From NCBI GenBank assembly GCA_044222185.1, contig JBGANV010000001.1, positions 288,001-352,000 on the forward strand: a stretch of DNA of 64,000 nucleotides, given 5' to 3'. Each line of letters begins with the position of its first letter. The first letter of the stretch is position 1. Shown piece by piece: positions 41,750 to 51,196 of the stretch. The notes under the pieces were generated by a model. It was not told the DNA's origin and searched no databases. It saw nothing but the letters and a program-made list of their open reading frames with translations. The position numbers were made by a program, and so were the translations under genes. Source of the stretch: Planctomycetota bacterium (GTDB lineage Bacteria > Planctomycetota > GCA-002687715 > CAIWVZ01).

Positions 41750-43654
41750 ATGGATACGACCGAGAAGATCGATCCGGCGGCCGTCAGCGGCGCTGGCGGG
41801 TCCGGGCCGCTTGGCGCGTTCGTCGGGGCCATGCTCATCCTGGGCATCGTCGCCCTCGCCATGCTGCCAGGCCTCGGCGCCCGCGACTTCTGGCCGCCAG
41901 ACGAAGCCCGCTACGGCGAGGTCGCACGCGAGATGTGGGCCGGCGGTGATCCCGCGGTGCCGCATTTGAACGGCACGGTCTACTACGACAAACCGCCAGG
42001 CTACTTCTGGGCGGTGCTCGGGGCCGCACGCATCCACGGTGCGCTCGATGAGTGGGCCGCGCGGCTGCCCTCCGTCGCGGGCGCTGCGCTGATGGCGCTC
42101 TCGGTGTTCTGGATGCTCGGTCCTCGCACATCGTTCGGTACGGCGATGATGGGCGCCCTGGTCTCGCTCGGGAGCGTTTCCGTCGTATGGCAGGGGAGGT
42201 CGTCGCAGCTCGACTGCCTCTTCGCCGGGCTGATTTCGATGGGGATGGCTGCGTTCTTTCGCGCGGCCGACCGCCAACGCCCGAAGGCCGTGATGCTCGG
42301 GTTCTTCCTCTGCGGGCTCTCGGTCCTCGTCAAGGGACCTCTGTGCCTGGTGATGATGGTTGGCGGATTCCTCGGCGCCCTCTGCTGCCGGCGGGGCCGC
42401 ATGATCTTCAATCGCTGGTTCGTCGTCGGCTTCGTCCTCTTCCTGCTCCCGACGACGGCGTGGTTCGGCTGGGCATGGCTCGATCTCGACCGCGCCCGTC
42501 CGGGCTCCGGCCTCGACTACATCCAGACGTTGATCGACACCCAGGTGCTCGGCCGCATCAACGTCGCCCGCGCGAGCGAGAGGCCCTGGCATTGGTACAT
42601 CAGCGACGGCTTCCCGAAGGTCGCGGCGCCGTTCTTCCTCTTGCCGCTTGGACTGCTGTTCCCGAGCGCCCGGTATGCGCTGTCCGCGGGTGCGCGACGC
42701 TTGTCCTGGTTCGCACTCGGGTGGTTCGTCGTCTCGTTCGTCGCCCAGTCGTACTTCCCGGGCAAGCGCGTGAATTACCTCGTGCCGTTGATGCCGGCCG
42801 TCGCCATCCTCGCTGCTGTCGGCGTCCACGGCGTCGTGACGGCCTGGCCTCGCGCCGGGTTCCGGCTGCTCGCGACGATCTGCGGGATCCTCGGGGTCGT
42901 CGTGACGGCTGCGGGGCTTCTGCTCGCGGCGAACGTCGACGACTCGGTTGCGGCTCAGTTCCGCGACCGCGCCGAGCCGGTGATCGAGCGGCGCGCCGAG
43001 AAGATCGTGAAGGACGAGCAGGACGACGAGTCGGATGCGCCGAATGGGTCCGACTCCGCGCCCGCGTCACGTTCCTACGGGTACACCGCGCCCGAAAGCC
43101 GGCCATCGTCCCAACTCGCAAGAGAGATGATTGCTGCCTTGGATTGGAACGCCCTCCGCCACGGCTTGACGCTCGCCGGGATCGTGATCCTCGCCCTCGG
43201 GATCGCATCTCTGGCGACACTCGCGAGTGGGGCGCTGCGAGCCTCCGTCGCGTGGCTCGCACTCGCCGTCGCCGTCGGCGGTGGGCTTGCGCTCGGCTAC
43301 GTGTTCCCCCTGCTCGATCCCCTCGTGTCACACCAGCCGGCCGCGCTCGCCATTCGCGAGGCTCTTCAACGCCATCCCGCGGATGCGCCTGTCGGATTCT
43401 TCCGACATCTCGACGAGGCTTTTCCTTTCTACATGGCCCGTCCCGCGCCCGAGATCGCATCGGTCCGCGAACCGTGGACGACCGCACAAATCCGCGAAGA
43501 GGCACGCCGCTTCTTGATGCAGCGGGGAAGTCTCCTCATCGTGCGCGGCGACAAGCTTGCGGAGTTCGGACTTCGTGAGTTCGCCTCCGGCCGAATCGTC
43601 GGTCCCCTGCGCGCCGGAGGGAAACAGTTCTTCGCACTCGAAGGTCCTCCTTGA
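41750..43654 (+). CDS. ArnT/PMT-like (GT-C) lipid-linked-sugar transferase
   Basis: PDEARYGEVAREM, YYDKPP, ARLPS, VKGP, KRVNYLVP; many TM segments. Confidence 0.87.
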   Translation: MDTTEKIDPAAVSGAGGSGPLGAFVGAMLILGIVALAMLPGLGARDFWPPDEARYGEVAREMWAGGDPAVPHLNGTVYYDKPPGYFWAVLGAARIHGALDEWAARLPSVAGAALMALSVFWMLGPRTSFGTAMMGALVSLGSVSVVWQGRSSQLDCLFAGLISMGMAAFFRAADRQRPKAVMLGFFLCGLSVLVKGPLCLVMMVGGFLGALCCRRGRMIFNRWFVVGFVLFLLPTTAWFGWAWLDLDRARPGSGLDYIQTLIDTQVLGRINVARASERPWHWYISDGFPKVAAPFFLLPLGLLFPSARYALSAGARRLSWFALGWFVVSFVAQSYFPGKRVNYLVPLMPAVAILAAVGVHGVVTAWPRAGFRLLATICGILGVVVTAAGLLLAANVDDSVAAQFRDRAEPVIERRAEKIVKDEQDDESDAPNGSDSAPASRSYGYTAPESRPSSQLAREMIAALDWNALRHGLTLAGIVILALGIASLATLASGALRASVAWLALAVAVGGGLALGYVFPLLDPLVSHQPAALAIREALQRHPADAPVGFFRHLDEAFPFYMARPAPEIASVREPWTTAQIREEARRFLMQRGSLLIVRGDKLAEFGLREFASGRIVGPLRAGGKQFFALEGPP

Positions 43655-44502
43655 ACACGCTGCTCACCGTCGTCATTCCCGTCTTCAACGAGGCGGAGAA
43701 CATCGATCCGCTGCTGGCCGAGTTGGTGCCCGTACTGGATGCGATCACCGCGTCCTACGAGATCGTGCTCGTGAACGACGGGAGCCGCGACGCTACCCAC
43801 GACAAGATCGTCGCAGCGCAGGCGCGCGTGAGGAACCTGCGCAACCTCCGCCTGACTCAGAACACCGGGCAGACCGCCGCGTTCGACTGCGGGTTCCGCG
43901 CGGCGCGTGGCGATTTCATCGCGACCATGGACGGCGATCTCCAGATCGACCCGCGTGACCTGGTTCCCATGTGGGAGCGGCTGCACACGGGGGACGTGGA
44001 CTTCGTTTTCGGCCGGCGCGCCAAGCGCAAGGACGGGTTCCTGAAGACCGTCTCCACCAAGATCGCCAACGGCACCCGCAACTGGCTGACGGGCGAGCGG
44101 ATCGTCGACACGGGGTGTCCGCTGAAGATCTTCCGGCGCGAGGTGCTCGACCGGTTGACGCTCTTCAACGGCTTCCATCGTTTCTTCATCACCCTCGCTC
44201 ACATCGAAGGGTTCAAGTCCGCGGAGGTGATCGTCAATCATCGCCCCCGAGTTGCGGGCGTGAGCAAGTACGGGGTGTGGAACCGGGTGTTTCGCGCGCT
44301 CCGGGATTGCCTCGTCGTCCGATGGATGCAGCGTCGCCACATCCGGTACGCCGTCGATGAAGTGACCGGCGGCGGAAAAGTCGCCCGGAGCACCTCGACG
44401 GGGCTGCGCGAGTCGCCGTCTCTCCAGCGCCCGTTGCGTGGTGAGGGGCTGGACGTTCGAGGCACGCACTCTCGGGAACGGACCGGGGAAATCAGCCTGT
44501 AG
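43651..44502 (+). CDS. GT2 polyprenyl-phosphate glycosyltransferase (ArnC/RgtE/DPM-like)
   Basis: VIPVFNEAENI, VNDGSRD, GQTAA, MDGDLQ, DTGCPLK, HRF, HRPRVAGVSKYG. Confidence 0.88.
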   Translation: MNTLLTVVIPVFNEAENIDPLLAELVPVLDAITASYEIVLVNDGSRDATHDKIVAAQARVRNLRNLRLTQNTGQTAAFDCGFRAARGDFIATMDGDLQIDPRDLVPMWERLHTGDVDFVFGRRAKRKDGFLKTVSTKIANGTRNWLTGERIVDTGCPLKIFRREVLDRLTLFNGFHRFFITLAHIEGFKSAEVIVNHRPRVAGVSKYGVWNRVFRALRDCLVVRWMQRRHIRYAVDEVTGGGKVARSTSTGLRESPSLQRPLRGEGLDVRGTHSRERTGEISL

Positions 44503-44597
44503 TTTCGACGTTCGACACCGCGTCCGGCGGTCGACACCTGACGTCGACCTGCGCCGGATCGCTTGACCGTCGCGGACGAGCCGCTACCGTCGCCACG

Positions 44598-45299
44598 ATG
44601 GCGATTCCCCACGAAGTGATCGACACGATCGGATGGACTGCGCAGGCCTGTTTCTTCGGGCGCATGCTGATCCAGTGGATCGCATCGGAGCGGGTGGGAC
44701 GTTCCGTCGTGCCGCCATCGTTCTGGTACCTCTCGCTCGCAGGGACGTTGCTCGGCGGCGTCTTCGCATGGCTTGGACCGAACGACCTGATCTTCACGGC
44801 GTCGTACGCGTTCAACGTGGTGCCGTACCTGCGGAACATCATGCTGGCGCGGCGGCCCGGCGACGGGCTCCGATCGCGGTACCTCGTTCTCATCTCCGTT
44901 GCCGTCGCGGCCGGTTGCTGCTGGATGCTTTGGGGCGACCGGAGGATTCGCGAGACGTGGTCCGAGCAATCGCTGCTCTGGCTCGTCGTCGGAGTCCTGG
45001 GGCAGGGACTGTGGGCGAGTCGATTCCTGATCCAGTGGGTGCTGGCCGAGCGCCGCGGTCGAGCCGAGCTCACCCTCTCGTTCTTCGTGATCAGCCTCGT
45101 CGCCTCGATCATGGTGCTCGCCTACGCCGTGCGACTCATGTCCTGGCCGCTGATCGCCGGGCAGGTGCTGAGTCCCGTGGTGTACGGGCGAAACCTCGTG
45201 CTCCAGCTGCGCCACCGCGAGGCGTCGGCGCCGGCCGTGACGCCCGTCGCCTCGAAGCCGGCCGTCGGCGTTCCCGCCGCCGCCTCCGCCGCGTCTTGA
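44598..45299 (+). CDS. Membrane protein with two LAB_N (lipid A biosynthesis N-terminal)-like repeats
   Basis: IGWTAQACFFGRMLIQWIASE..SVVPPSFWYLS..YLRN, repeated as GVLGQGLWASRFLIQWVLAE..FFVIS..YGRN. Confidence 0.8.
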   Translation: MAIPHEVIDTIGWTAQACFFGRMLIQWIASERVGRSVVPPSFWYLSLAGTLLGGVFAWLGPNDLIFTASYAFNVVPYLRNIMLARRPGDGLRSRYLVLISVAVAAGCCWMLWGDRRIRETWSEQSLLWLVVGVLGQGLWASRFLIQWVLAERRGRAELTLSFFVISLVASIMVLAYAVRLMSWPLIAGQVLSPVVYGRNLVLQLRHREASAPAVTPVASKPAVGVPAAASAAS

Positions 45300-45337
45300 T
45301 GGCGGGCGGGCTCGCACCTAACATGCGCGCCCTCACT

Positions 45338-45411
45338 GCACCCATAGCTCAATTGGATAGAGCATCTGACTACGGATCAGAAGGTTGGAGGTTCGAGTCC
45401 TCCTGGGTGCG
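45338..45411 (+). tRNA. tRNA-Arg (anticodon ACG), CCA not encoded
   Basis: GCACCCA/TGGGTGC acceptor stem, D arm GCTCAATTGGATAGAGC, anticodon arm TCTGA-CTACGGA-TCAGA, T arm GGAGG-TTCGAGT-CCTCC. Confidence 0.96.
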
Positions 45412-45568
45412 CTTGGTGCGATTCAGGGCTTCGAGAAGGAGCGCGGCCGACCCTGCCGGTGCCCGAGCCACACGGCATTTGTCCAAGTCCTCGGGCGGGG
45501 CGACCGTCGGCCCATTCCTGCGCATCCTCGATCTGATCGGTCGCAACCCATCGCGACGCGGGGCTGCC

Positions 45569-46939
45569 CTACCAGACGAGCCGTTGGAAGTTCGACAGTT
45601 CCACCAGCCCCTGCGCGCTGTAGGCGATCGCCACCCCGTCGAAGATCTGTCCCGCGAGGTACGAGAAGGTTCCGACTGGGAGGATGATCGGTCCGCCGGC
45701 ATACGGGCTGGCCGATGCCGGGTAGTGGTAGATGCTCCCCGGCGTCAACGGTTGCCCGAAGCAGAAAGTGACGAACGGATCTGCGAACGGCAGGCCGAAG
45801 AACTGCCCCGTTCCGAGGCCCGCGGGCGCAGGCGTCGCGGAGACGAGCATCCTCACCGCGGCCGCCGCCGTGGGGACCGACGGGATGTAGAGCGTGAGGT
45901 TCCCGGCGCCGTTTCCACCGGTCGCCGCGATGAAGGACAGTGCCTCCTTCAGCTCCCACGTGTCGCCCATGAGCGTGGTTCCGAAGCCGGTCGTGCCGCC
46001 GAAGAGCACGAGCTTCCCGCGGGCCGCGTCGTAGACCATGCCTTGGTTGCCACGCAGCGGTCCCGGGTTTGGTGCGAGCGTCGTCGACGTCCAGTTCGTT
46101 CCGTTCCACTCCCAGACGAAGTCGTCAGGGGCTCCGAACAGGACGGTGACGTTCCGCGCCGAATCGAAGGCCATGGCGACGCCGTTTCGTGCGGCGGGAA
46201 CAGTGGCCGGGAACCTCTGACTCCAGATCGTGCCGTTGAACTCCCAGGTGGCGGAGCTGACGGTGTTCCCCACGGGTTGATAGCCGCCGAAGTACACGAC
46301 GACACCGCGATTCGAGTCGTAAGCCATCATGCCGTTTTCGGGTGCCGTCGGCGCCGGTGTGCTGGGCGGGCCAACGATTAGCGACCACGTGGATCCGTTC
46401 CAGGTCCAGGTTTGGGTGAACGGCACGCCGACGGCGTCGTTGCCGCCGTACACGACCATGGCTCCGATCGCCGCGTCAAAGGCTGCGGCGTGGTTCAGAC
46501 GCGGCGTCGGTCCGCAGTTGCTGCAGGCCTGCGTCCAGGTGTTGCCGTCCCATTCCCAGGTGTCGTTCGCTGCCGCGCTCGGGCCGAGCTCGCCACCAAA
46601 CAGCACCGTCCGCTTGCGGATCGAGTCGTAGACGAGCGTATGCAGCCGGCGAGGCGGGGGCGTCGGACCCGTCAGGGCTCGTTGGATCCAGTTCGTTCCG
46701 TCCCATTCCCACGTGTCGCCCAATCGATAGGGCGCGCCGAGGATCGTCCCGCCGAACAGCACCGTTCGGTGGCGCGCGGAGTCGTATGCCATGGCGTGGT
46801 GCATTCGAGCTCCGGGCGTCACGAAGGGCGCCCGCAGGTCCCATTGGAGTTGAGCGGTTGCCGTCGTGCCCGGCAGCAGCATCGTGAGAAGCAGATACGA
46901 CGCGAGTATGGATCGGCGACGTGGCGTGGATGTCCTCAT
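45569..46939 (-). CDS. Secreted Kelch-like beta-propeller protein with C-terminal domain
   Basis: AAGGA RBS, signal peptide; repeated MAYDSxRxxxVLFGG..DTWEWDGxxW units; ends ..GLVELSNFQRLVW. Confidence 0.83.
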   Translation of the reverse strand: MRTSTPRRRSILASYLLLTMLLPGTTATAQLQWDLRAPFVTPGARMHHAMAYDSARHRTVLFGGTILGAPYRLGDTWEWDGTNWIQRALTGPTPPPRRLHTLVYDSIRKRTVLFGGELGPSAAANDTWEWDGNTWTQACSNCGPTPRLNHAAAFDAAIGAMVVYGGNDAVGVPFTQTWTWNGSTWSLIVGPPSTPAPTAPENGMMAYDSNRGVVVYFGGYQPVGNTVSSATWEFNGTIWSQRFPATVPAARNGVAMAFDSARNVTVLFGAPDDFVWEWNGTNWTSTTLAPNPGPLRGNQGMVYDAARGKLVLFGGTTGFGTTLMGDTWELKEALSFIAATGGNGAGNLTLYIPSVPTAAAAVRMLVSATPAPAGLGTGQFFGLPFADPFVTFCFGQPLTPGSIYHYPASASPYAGGPIILPVGTFSYLAGQIFDGVAIAYSAQGLVELSNFQRLVW

Positions 46940-47069
46940 GGTGTGTCCTTTCCGCAGCGGGGCGGCGCCGTCACCGGAAGTCGGTGGGCTTCCGCCTCGT
47001 CGTCGCACGATGTGCACACACGTCCGAATGTGACGCGCGATCCAGACCGTTTTTCGAAGCTCCGGAGCG

Positions 47070-47714
47070 TCAGTCGTCGCCGAGTTCGTCGAGCACCGAC
47101 CCGGGAAGCCTGGCGCGCAGCTTCGCGAGAGCTCGCCGGTACCGCTTGGTCGCGGAGTTCGGAGCCATGGAGAGCTTGGACGCAACCTCGTGCATCGGCA
47201 GGCCTTCCATGGCCCGGAGCACCACCAGGGCTCGGTCGAGTTCGCCGAGACCCTCGATTGCCTGCGAGACGATCCCTTCGACTTCACGACGGACGACGTC
47301 CCGAACGACCGAGGCCGTGTCGGCGGGCAGCGCCGCAGTCCGTTTCTTGCGGTCGGTTCCAGGCGGCTCCAGAGGAACCTCCAACGCATACACGCGTTCG
47401 CGCAGCTCGTTCTGAAGGCAATAGTGCAGAATCGTGGTCAGGAACTTCACGAACGACGGCGTTACCCGCACATAGAGGCAATCGAATGTGGGAAGTTGCG
47501 GAAGCGCGCGCTCCCATACCTCTTGAACCAGGTCTTCAGCGAGCAAGCGAGTTCGGAGATGCGCAGGAATCCGTCGCCGTGCGACCGCCACGAGCAAGGC
47601 CGTGAACCGTTCGACCAGCTTTCGAAGCGCCGCGGCGTCGCCTCGAAGCGCATTGCGGACGATGACCGACGTCACGCCGGCACCGGGATTGGGCTCGCTG
47701 GCCGAGGTCTCCAT
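47070..47714 (-). CDS. ECF sigma factor (kinase-associated type)
   Basis: GDAAALRKLVERF, AEDLVQEVW, EGLPMHEVASKL..KRYRRALAKLR; divergent from a Ser/Thr kinase; no anti-sigma gene adjacent. Confidence 0.82.
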   Translation of the reverse strand: METSASEPNPGAGVTSVIVRNALRGDAAALRKLVERFTALLVAVARRRIPAHLRTRLLAEDLVQEVWERALPQLPTFDCLYVRVTPSFVKFLTTILHYCLQNELRERVYALEVPLEPPGTDRKKRTAALPADTASVVRDVVRREVEGIVSQAIEGLGELDRALVVLRAMEGLPMHEVASKLSMAPNSATKRYRRALAKLRARLPGSVLDELGDD

Positions 47715-47838
47715 CGCGCCAGCCTATTCGGTTGCCCAGGGGACCCCAACCATTCGTCGACCGGTCGAGGGCTCGCGGAAGCCGTCGCACTCGTTGTATC
47801 CTGACGCGTGCCTCGTGCAGCGCGGGCGTGGCGGAGCG

Positions 47839-50490
47839 ATGACGATGTCGGATGGTGATCGGAATGTCGCCGCGGCCTTGACCGAGTTCTTGAGCCACTT
47901 GCACGCGGACCGGGAAGCAGGGGTCGACCGCCCACTGGCGGAATACCAAACGATGCAGCCCGGCTATGAGCGGGAGATAGCCGCGGAGTTCTCACGGCTC
48001 GGCGGCGGGCCGCGGTCCACGGCCGAGCGGCAACCCTCGGTCAACACGCCGAAGCCGCTATTCGCCGGCCGATACCGGATGGAAAACGAGCTCGGTCGCG
48101 GCGCCCAGGGCGCCGTATCCGCGGCCGAAGACACCGTGCTGAATCGAAAGGTCGCAGTGAAGCTCCTGCGGTCACCAGAGCTCGCCTCGACGGAGGCACT
48201 CAAACGATTCACTCGCGAGGCGCAGACGGCGTCGCGGCTCGACCACCCGGGCATTTGTCCGGTTTACGACAGCGGCGTCGCGGACGGAGTGCCCTTCATC
48301 GTCATGCGATTCATCGACGGTGTCACGCTCGCGCGCGAACTCGAGGCGGACGTGCCTGCGACGACGCGTGCGGAGGTCCGAGCCCGTCTTCTGTTCGTCG
48401 AGAACGTCGCCAGGGGACTCCATTCGGCCCACGAGAAGGGAGTCATTCACCGTGACATCAATCCGCGGAACATCATGGTGACGCCTGACGGAGACCCAGT
48501 GATCCTCGACTTCGGGCTCGCGCGCGAGTCATCCACCAAGGCCGAGTCGATGACATCCGCTGGGCACGTCGTTGGCACCCTGGCGTACATGTCGCCTGAG
48601 CAACTCGGCCTCGATTCGACGAGCCTCGATGGGCGAACCGACGTCTGGTCCTTGGGCGTAACGTTGTACGAGTGTCTCACCGGTGTGCGGCCGTTCTCGG
48701 CGCCGACGCGCGACAGCCTCTTCCGGTCGATCCTCGCCGACGACCCGAAGGACCCGCGTCGACTGAATCGCGCGATCGACCGTGACGTCGCCGTCGTCGT
48801 CCTGACGGCGTTGGAGAAGGAGCGTAATCGCCGCTATCAGACGGCTGCCGACTTCGCCGAGGATCTGCGGCGGGCGATCGATGGGCAACCCGTGCTCGCC
48901 CGCCCGATCGGGCCGTTCGGCCGGCTCGCTCGGTGGTCACGACGAAGTCCCGTGGTCGCGGGATTGACGGCCGCGGTATTCGTCGCGCTGGCGACCGGCC
49001 TCGTCGGCACGACGGTGCAGAAGAACCGCTTTGATGCCACGCTTCAGGACTGGAACCGGCTCGTCGACGTGCGGCGCCTCGAGTCGCTCGCGCGCGAGGC
49101 AGAAGGGGAACTGATCGCTGCATCCCGCAAGAACATCCCCGCCATGAAGGCGTGGCTGGATCGCGCAGGACGACTCGTGACACGGCTGCCGGAATTGGAG
49201 TCCACTCTGGACGAGGCGCGCCAGAGCGGTCGGCGTCGCACCGTGGACGACCGGCTCTACCAGGAGCGTTCGGCGCCGCTCGTGCGGTTGCGCGACGCGC
49301 TGCGGTTCCGCCTCGGGCACGCGAGGGGCGGTGCGGATTCCGCGATGGACGCCGCATCCTTCGGTGCCGAGTTGTCACGCCTCGAACGAGACATCGCGAA
49401 CCTCGAGGTCTGGACGTTCGACGAGGAAAGCGCCCAGCTGCGCTACGACGGGCTCGACCAGTTGGTCAATGACATCCGCGCGCTCGACGGGCCCAAGGAT
49501 CCGGAGCGTCCCACAATTGCCGCCATGCGCGAGCGCCTCGCCGCGTCCGAGCGGCTCGAGGTTCAGTGGGACTCGGGGGCTGCCGCCTGGGAGGTGACGA
49601 CCCGGGCCATCGCCGAATCGTCCTCCTACGGAGGACTGCGTTTGATGCGGCAGGAGCGCCTGGTGCCGATCGGACCCGACCCCCAATCGGGGCTGTTCGA
49701 GTTCGCCGTAGAGGGAACGGGCACCGTGCCACACAGAGATTCCATCACGGAGGAATTGGTGGTGCAGGGCGATGCCGCGATCGTCCTGGTGCTGCTCCCG
49801 GCTGCGACGTTCCGCATGGGGACTCCGGGAGGCGGAGAGAAGGGCGCCGAGCGTCCCCACGACGTGACGCTCACGGCGTTCTTCATGTCGAAGTTCGAGT
49901 TGACCCAAGCCCAGTTCGCAACCCTGCGCGGCGAGGACGCGGGCGTCGTCGCACGGCTGGGTCCGAATGGGCGGCTCCCCGTCGTCGAATTGAATCGCAG
50001 TCAGGCCGACCGCGTCGTGCGCCAAGGAGGCCTGAGGGTCCCGACCGAGGCTCAGTGGGAATACGCATGTCGCGCGGGTTCACCGACGCGCTTCTATTGC
50101 GGAGACGCCGAGCGCAGCCTGGACGGGCACGAGAACGTCGCGGACGCTTCGTTTCCGCTGGCGCTTCAATCCAAGCGAGTCGACTGGGACGACGGCGCGC
50201 CCCTCGCGACGTTCGTAGGTCGGTATCCAGCGAATGGGTTCGGCCTGCACGACATGCATGGCAACGTCACGGAATGGACCTGCGACCCGTATCACGAGGT
50301 GTTGTCCTCGGCGGACCATCGCCCGGGTGACGGCGCCGTGCAGCTGGGCCCATCGAACTACTGCGTCACCCGGGGTGGAAGCTACTACCTCAATCCGGAA
50401 TATTGCCGTTCCGCGATGCGGCATTCACCCAAGGCCGTTCACACCAATCTCACGCTCGGCGTGAGGCCTTCGCGCGGCGTTGAGCCCTAG
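47839..50490 (+). CDS. Hanks-type Ser/Thr kinase - TM - coiled region - FGE-sulfatase (SUMF1-like) domain fusion
   Basis: LGRGAQG, VAVK, HRDINPRN, DFGLA, GTLAYMSPEQ, DVWSLG; C-terminal FRMG, PTEAQWEYACRAG, NGFGLHDMHGNVTEW, RGGS. Confidence 0.9.
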   Translation: MTMSDGDRNVAAALTEFLSHLHADREAGVDRPLAEYQTMQPGYEREIAAEFSRLGGGPRSTAERQPSVNTPKPLFAGRYRMENELGRGAQGAVSAAEDTVLNRKVAVKLLRSPELASTEALKRFTREAQTASRLDHPGICPVYDSGVADGVPFIVMRFIDGVTLARELEADVPATTRAEVRARLLFVENVARGLHSAHEKGVIHRDINPRNIMVTPDGDPVILDFGLARESSTKAESMTSAGHVVGTLAYMSPEQLGLDSTSLDGRTDVWSLGVTLYECLTGVRPFSAPTRDSLFRSILADDPKDPRRLNRAIDRDVAVVVLTALEKERNRRYQTAADFAEDLRRAIDGQPVLARPIGPFGRLARWSRRSPVVAGLTAAVFVALATGLVGTTVQKNRFDATLQDWNRLVDVRRLESLAREAEGELIAASRKNIPAMKAWLDRAGRLVTRLPELESTLDEARQSGRRRTVDDRLYQERSAPLVRLRDALRFRLGHARGGADSAMDAASFGAELSRLERDIANLEVWTFDEESAQLRYDGLDQLVNDIRALDGPKDPERPTIAAMRERLAASERLEVQWDSGAAAWEVTTRAIAESSSYGGLRLMRQERLVPIGPDPQSGLFEFAVEGTGTVPHRDSITEELVVQGDAAIVLVLLPAATFRMGTPGGGEKGAERPHDVTLTAFFMSKFELTQAQFATLRGEDAGVVARLGPNGRLPVVELNRSQADRVVRQGGLRVPTEAQWEYACRAGSPTRFYCGDAERSLDGHENVADASFPLALQSKRVDWDDGAPLATFVGRYPANGFGLHDMHGNVTEWTCDPYHEVLSSADHRPGDGAVQLGPSNYCVTRGGSYYLNPEYCRSAMRHSPKAVHTNLTLGVRPSRGVEP

Positions 50491-50743
50491 TGGTGCCAGT
50501 TTTCTTGGTTGGGCGCTTGGAGTCGGGTTCCCGACTTCCCATGACAACGACTGAGACCAGGGCACCGGCGTCGACGGAAGCGCCAGCCTTTGGGTTCTGA
50601 TACTTGACCTTCCGGCCACGATCATAGGGTGGCTCGAGAATCATTCCGTCGGCTCCGAAAGCGAGGAGACCACACTCGTAGCGGGAGCAGAAGTCGATCG
50701 CGTCTCCGAGGAGCTTGAACTCGCAAACCACAACGCGTCCCAT
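50450..50743 (-). CDS. Small protein with PASTA-like domain and basic tail
   Basis: Strong RBS GAGGAG before the ATG; KVKYQNPKAGASVDAGALVSVVV resembles the PASTA C-terminal half; locally more AT-rich. Confidence 0.5.
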   Translation of the reverse strand: MGRVVVCEFKLLGDAIDFCSRYECGLLAFGADGMILEPPYDRGRKVKYQNPKAGASVDAGALVSVVVMGSREPDSKRPTKKTGTTRAQRRAKASRRA

Positions 50744-51196
50744 GACTTTCTCCTCAATCACCCGTTCTTGTTGGGCGCAGTAAGGCTGTTCTTTGGCCCG
50801 GGCGCTCCGCGCCACGCAGTGCGTTCCTGTCGCATGCACTGGCGGACGACTGCGGAGCGGATCATACTCGCGCGCTTCGCGAAAAGGCATGAGGGTCGAC
50901 GACATTCGCTGGTTCGTACCGTCACTCGCGAGGGCGAGCCCGAGCTTGCACCCGGTCGCGACGGCCTATGCGGGAGTGGCCTGCCGCTGCGGCGGGTCGA
51001 CGGCAGCGGCTGCTCGTTAGCGTTAGATCCGAACCCGTGCCTGACTCCGGCGCCCGGTTGGGCCCCATCTCTCGCCGAACACCTCGGTCCTCATTCGGCC
51101 ACCGGGCAACGTGCCCCGGCTTGCCGGACGCGACGTCCCGCCGCGGCGCGGGGGGCGGCACGGGCAACGCCGCCGAGTAGACTCCCGGCCGATTCC

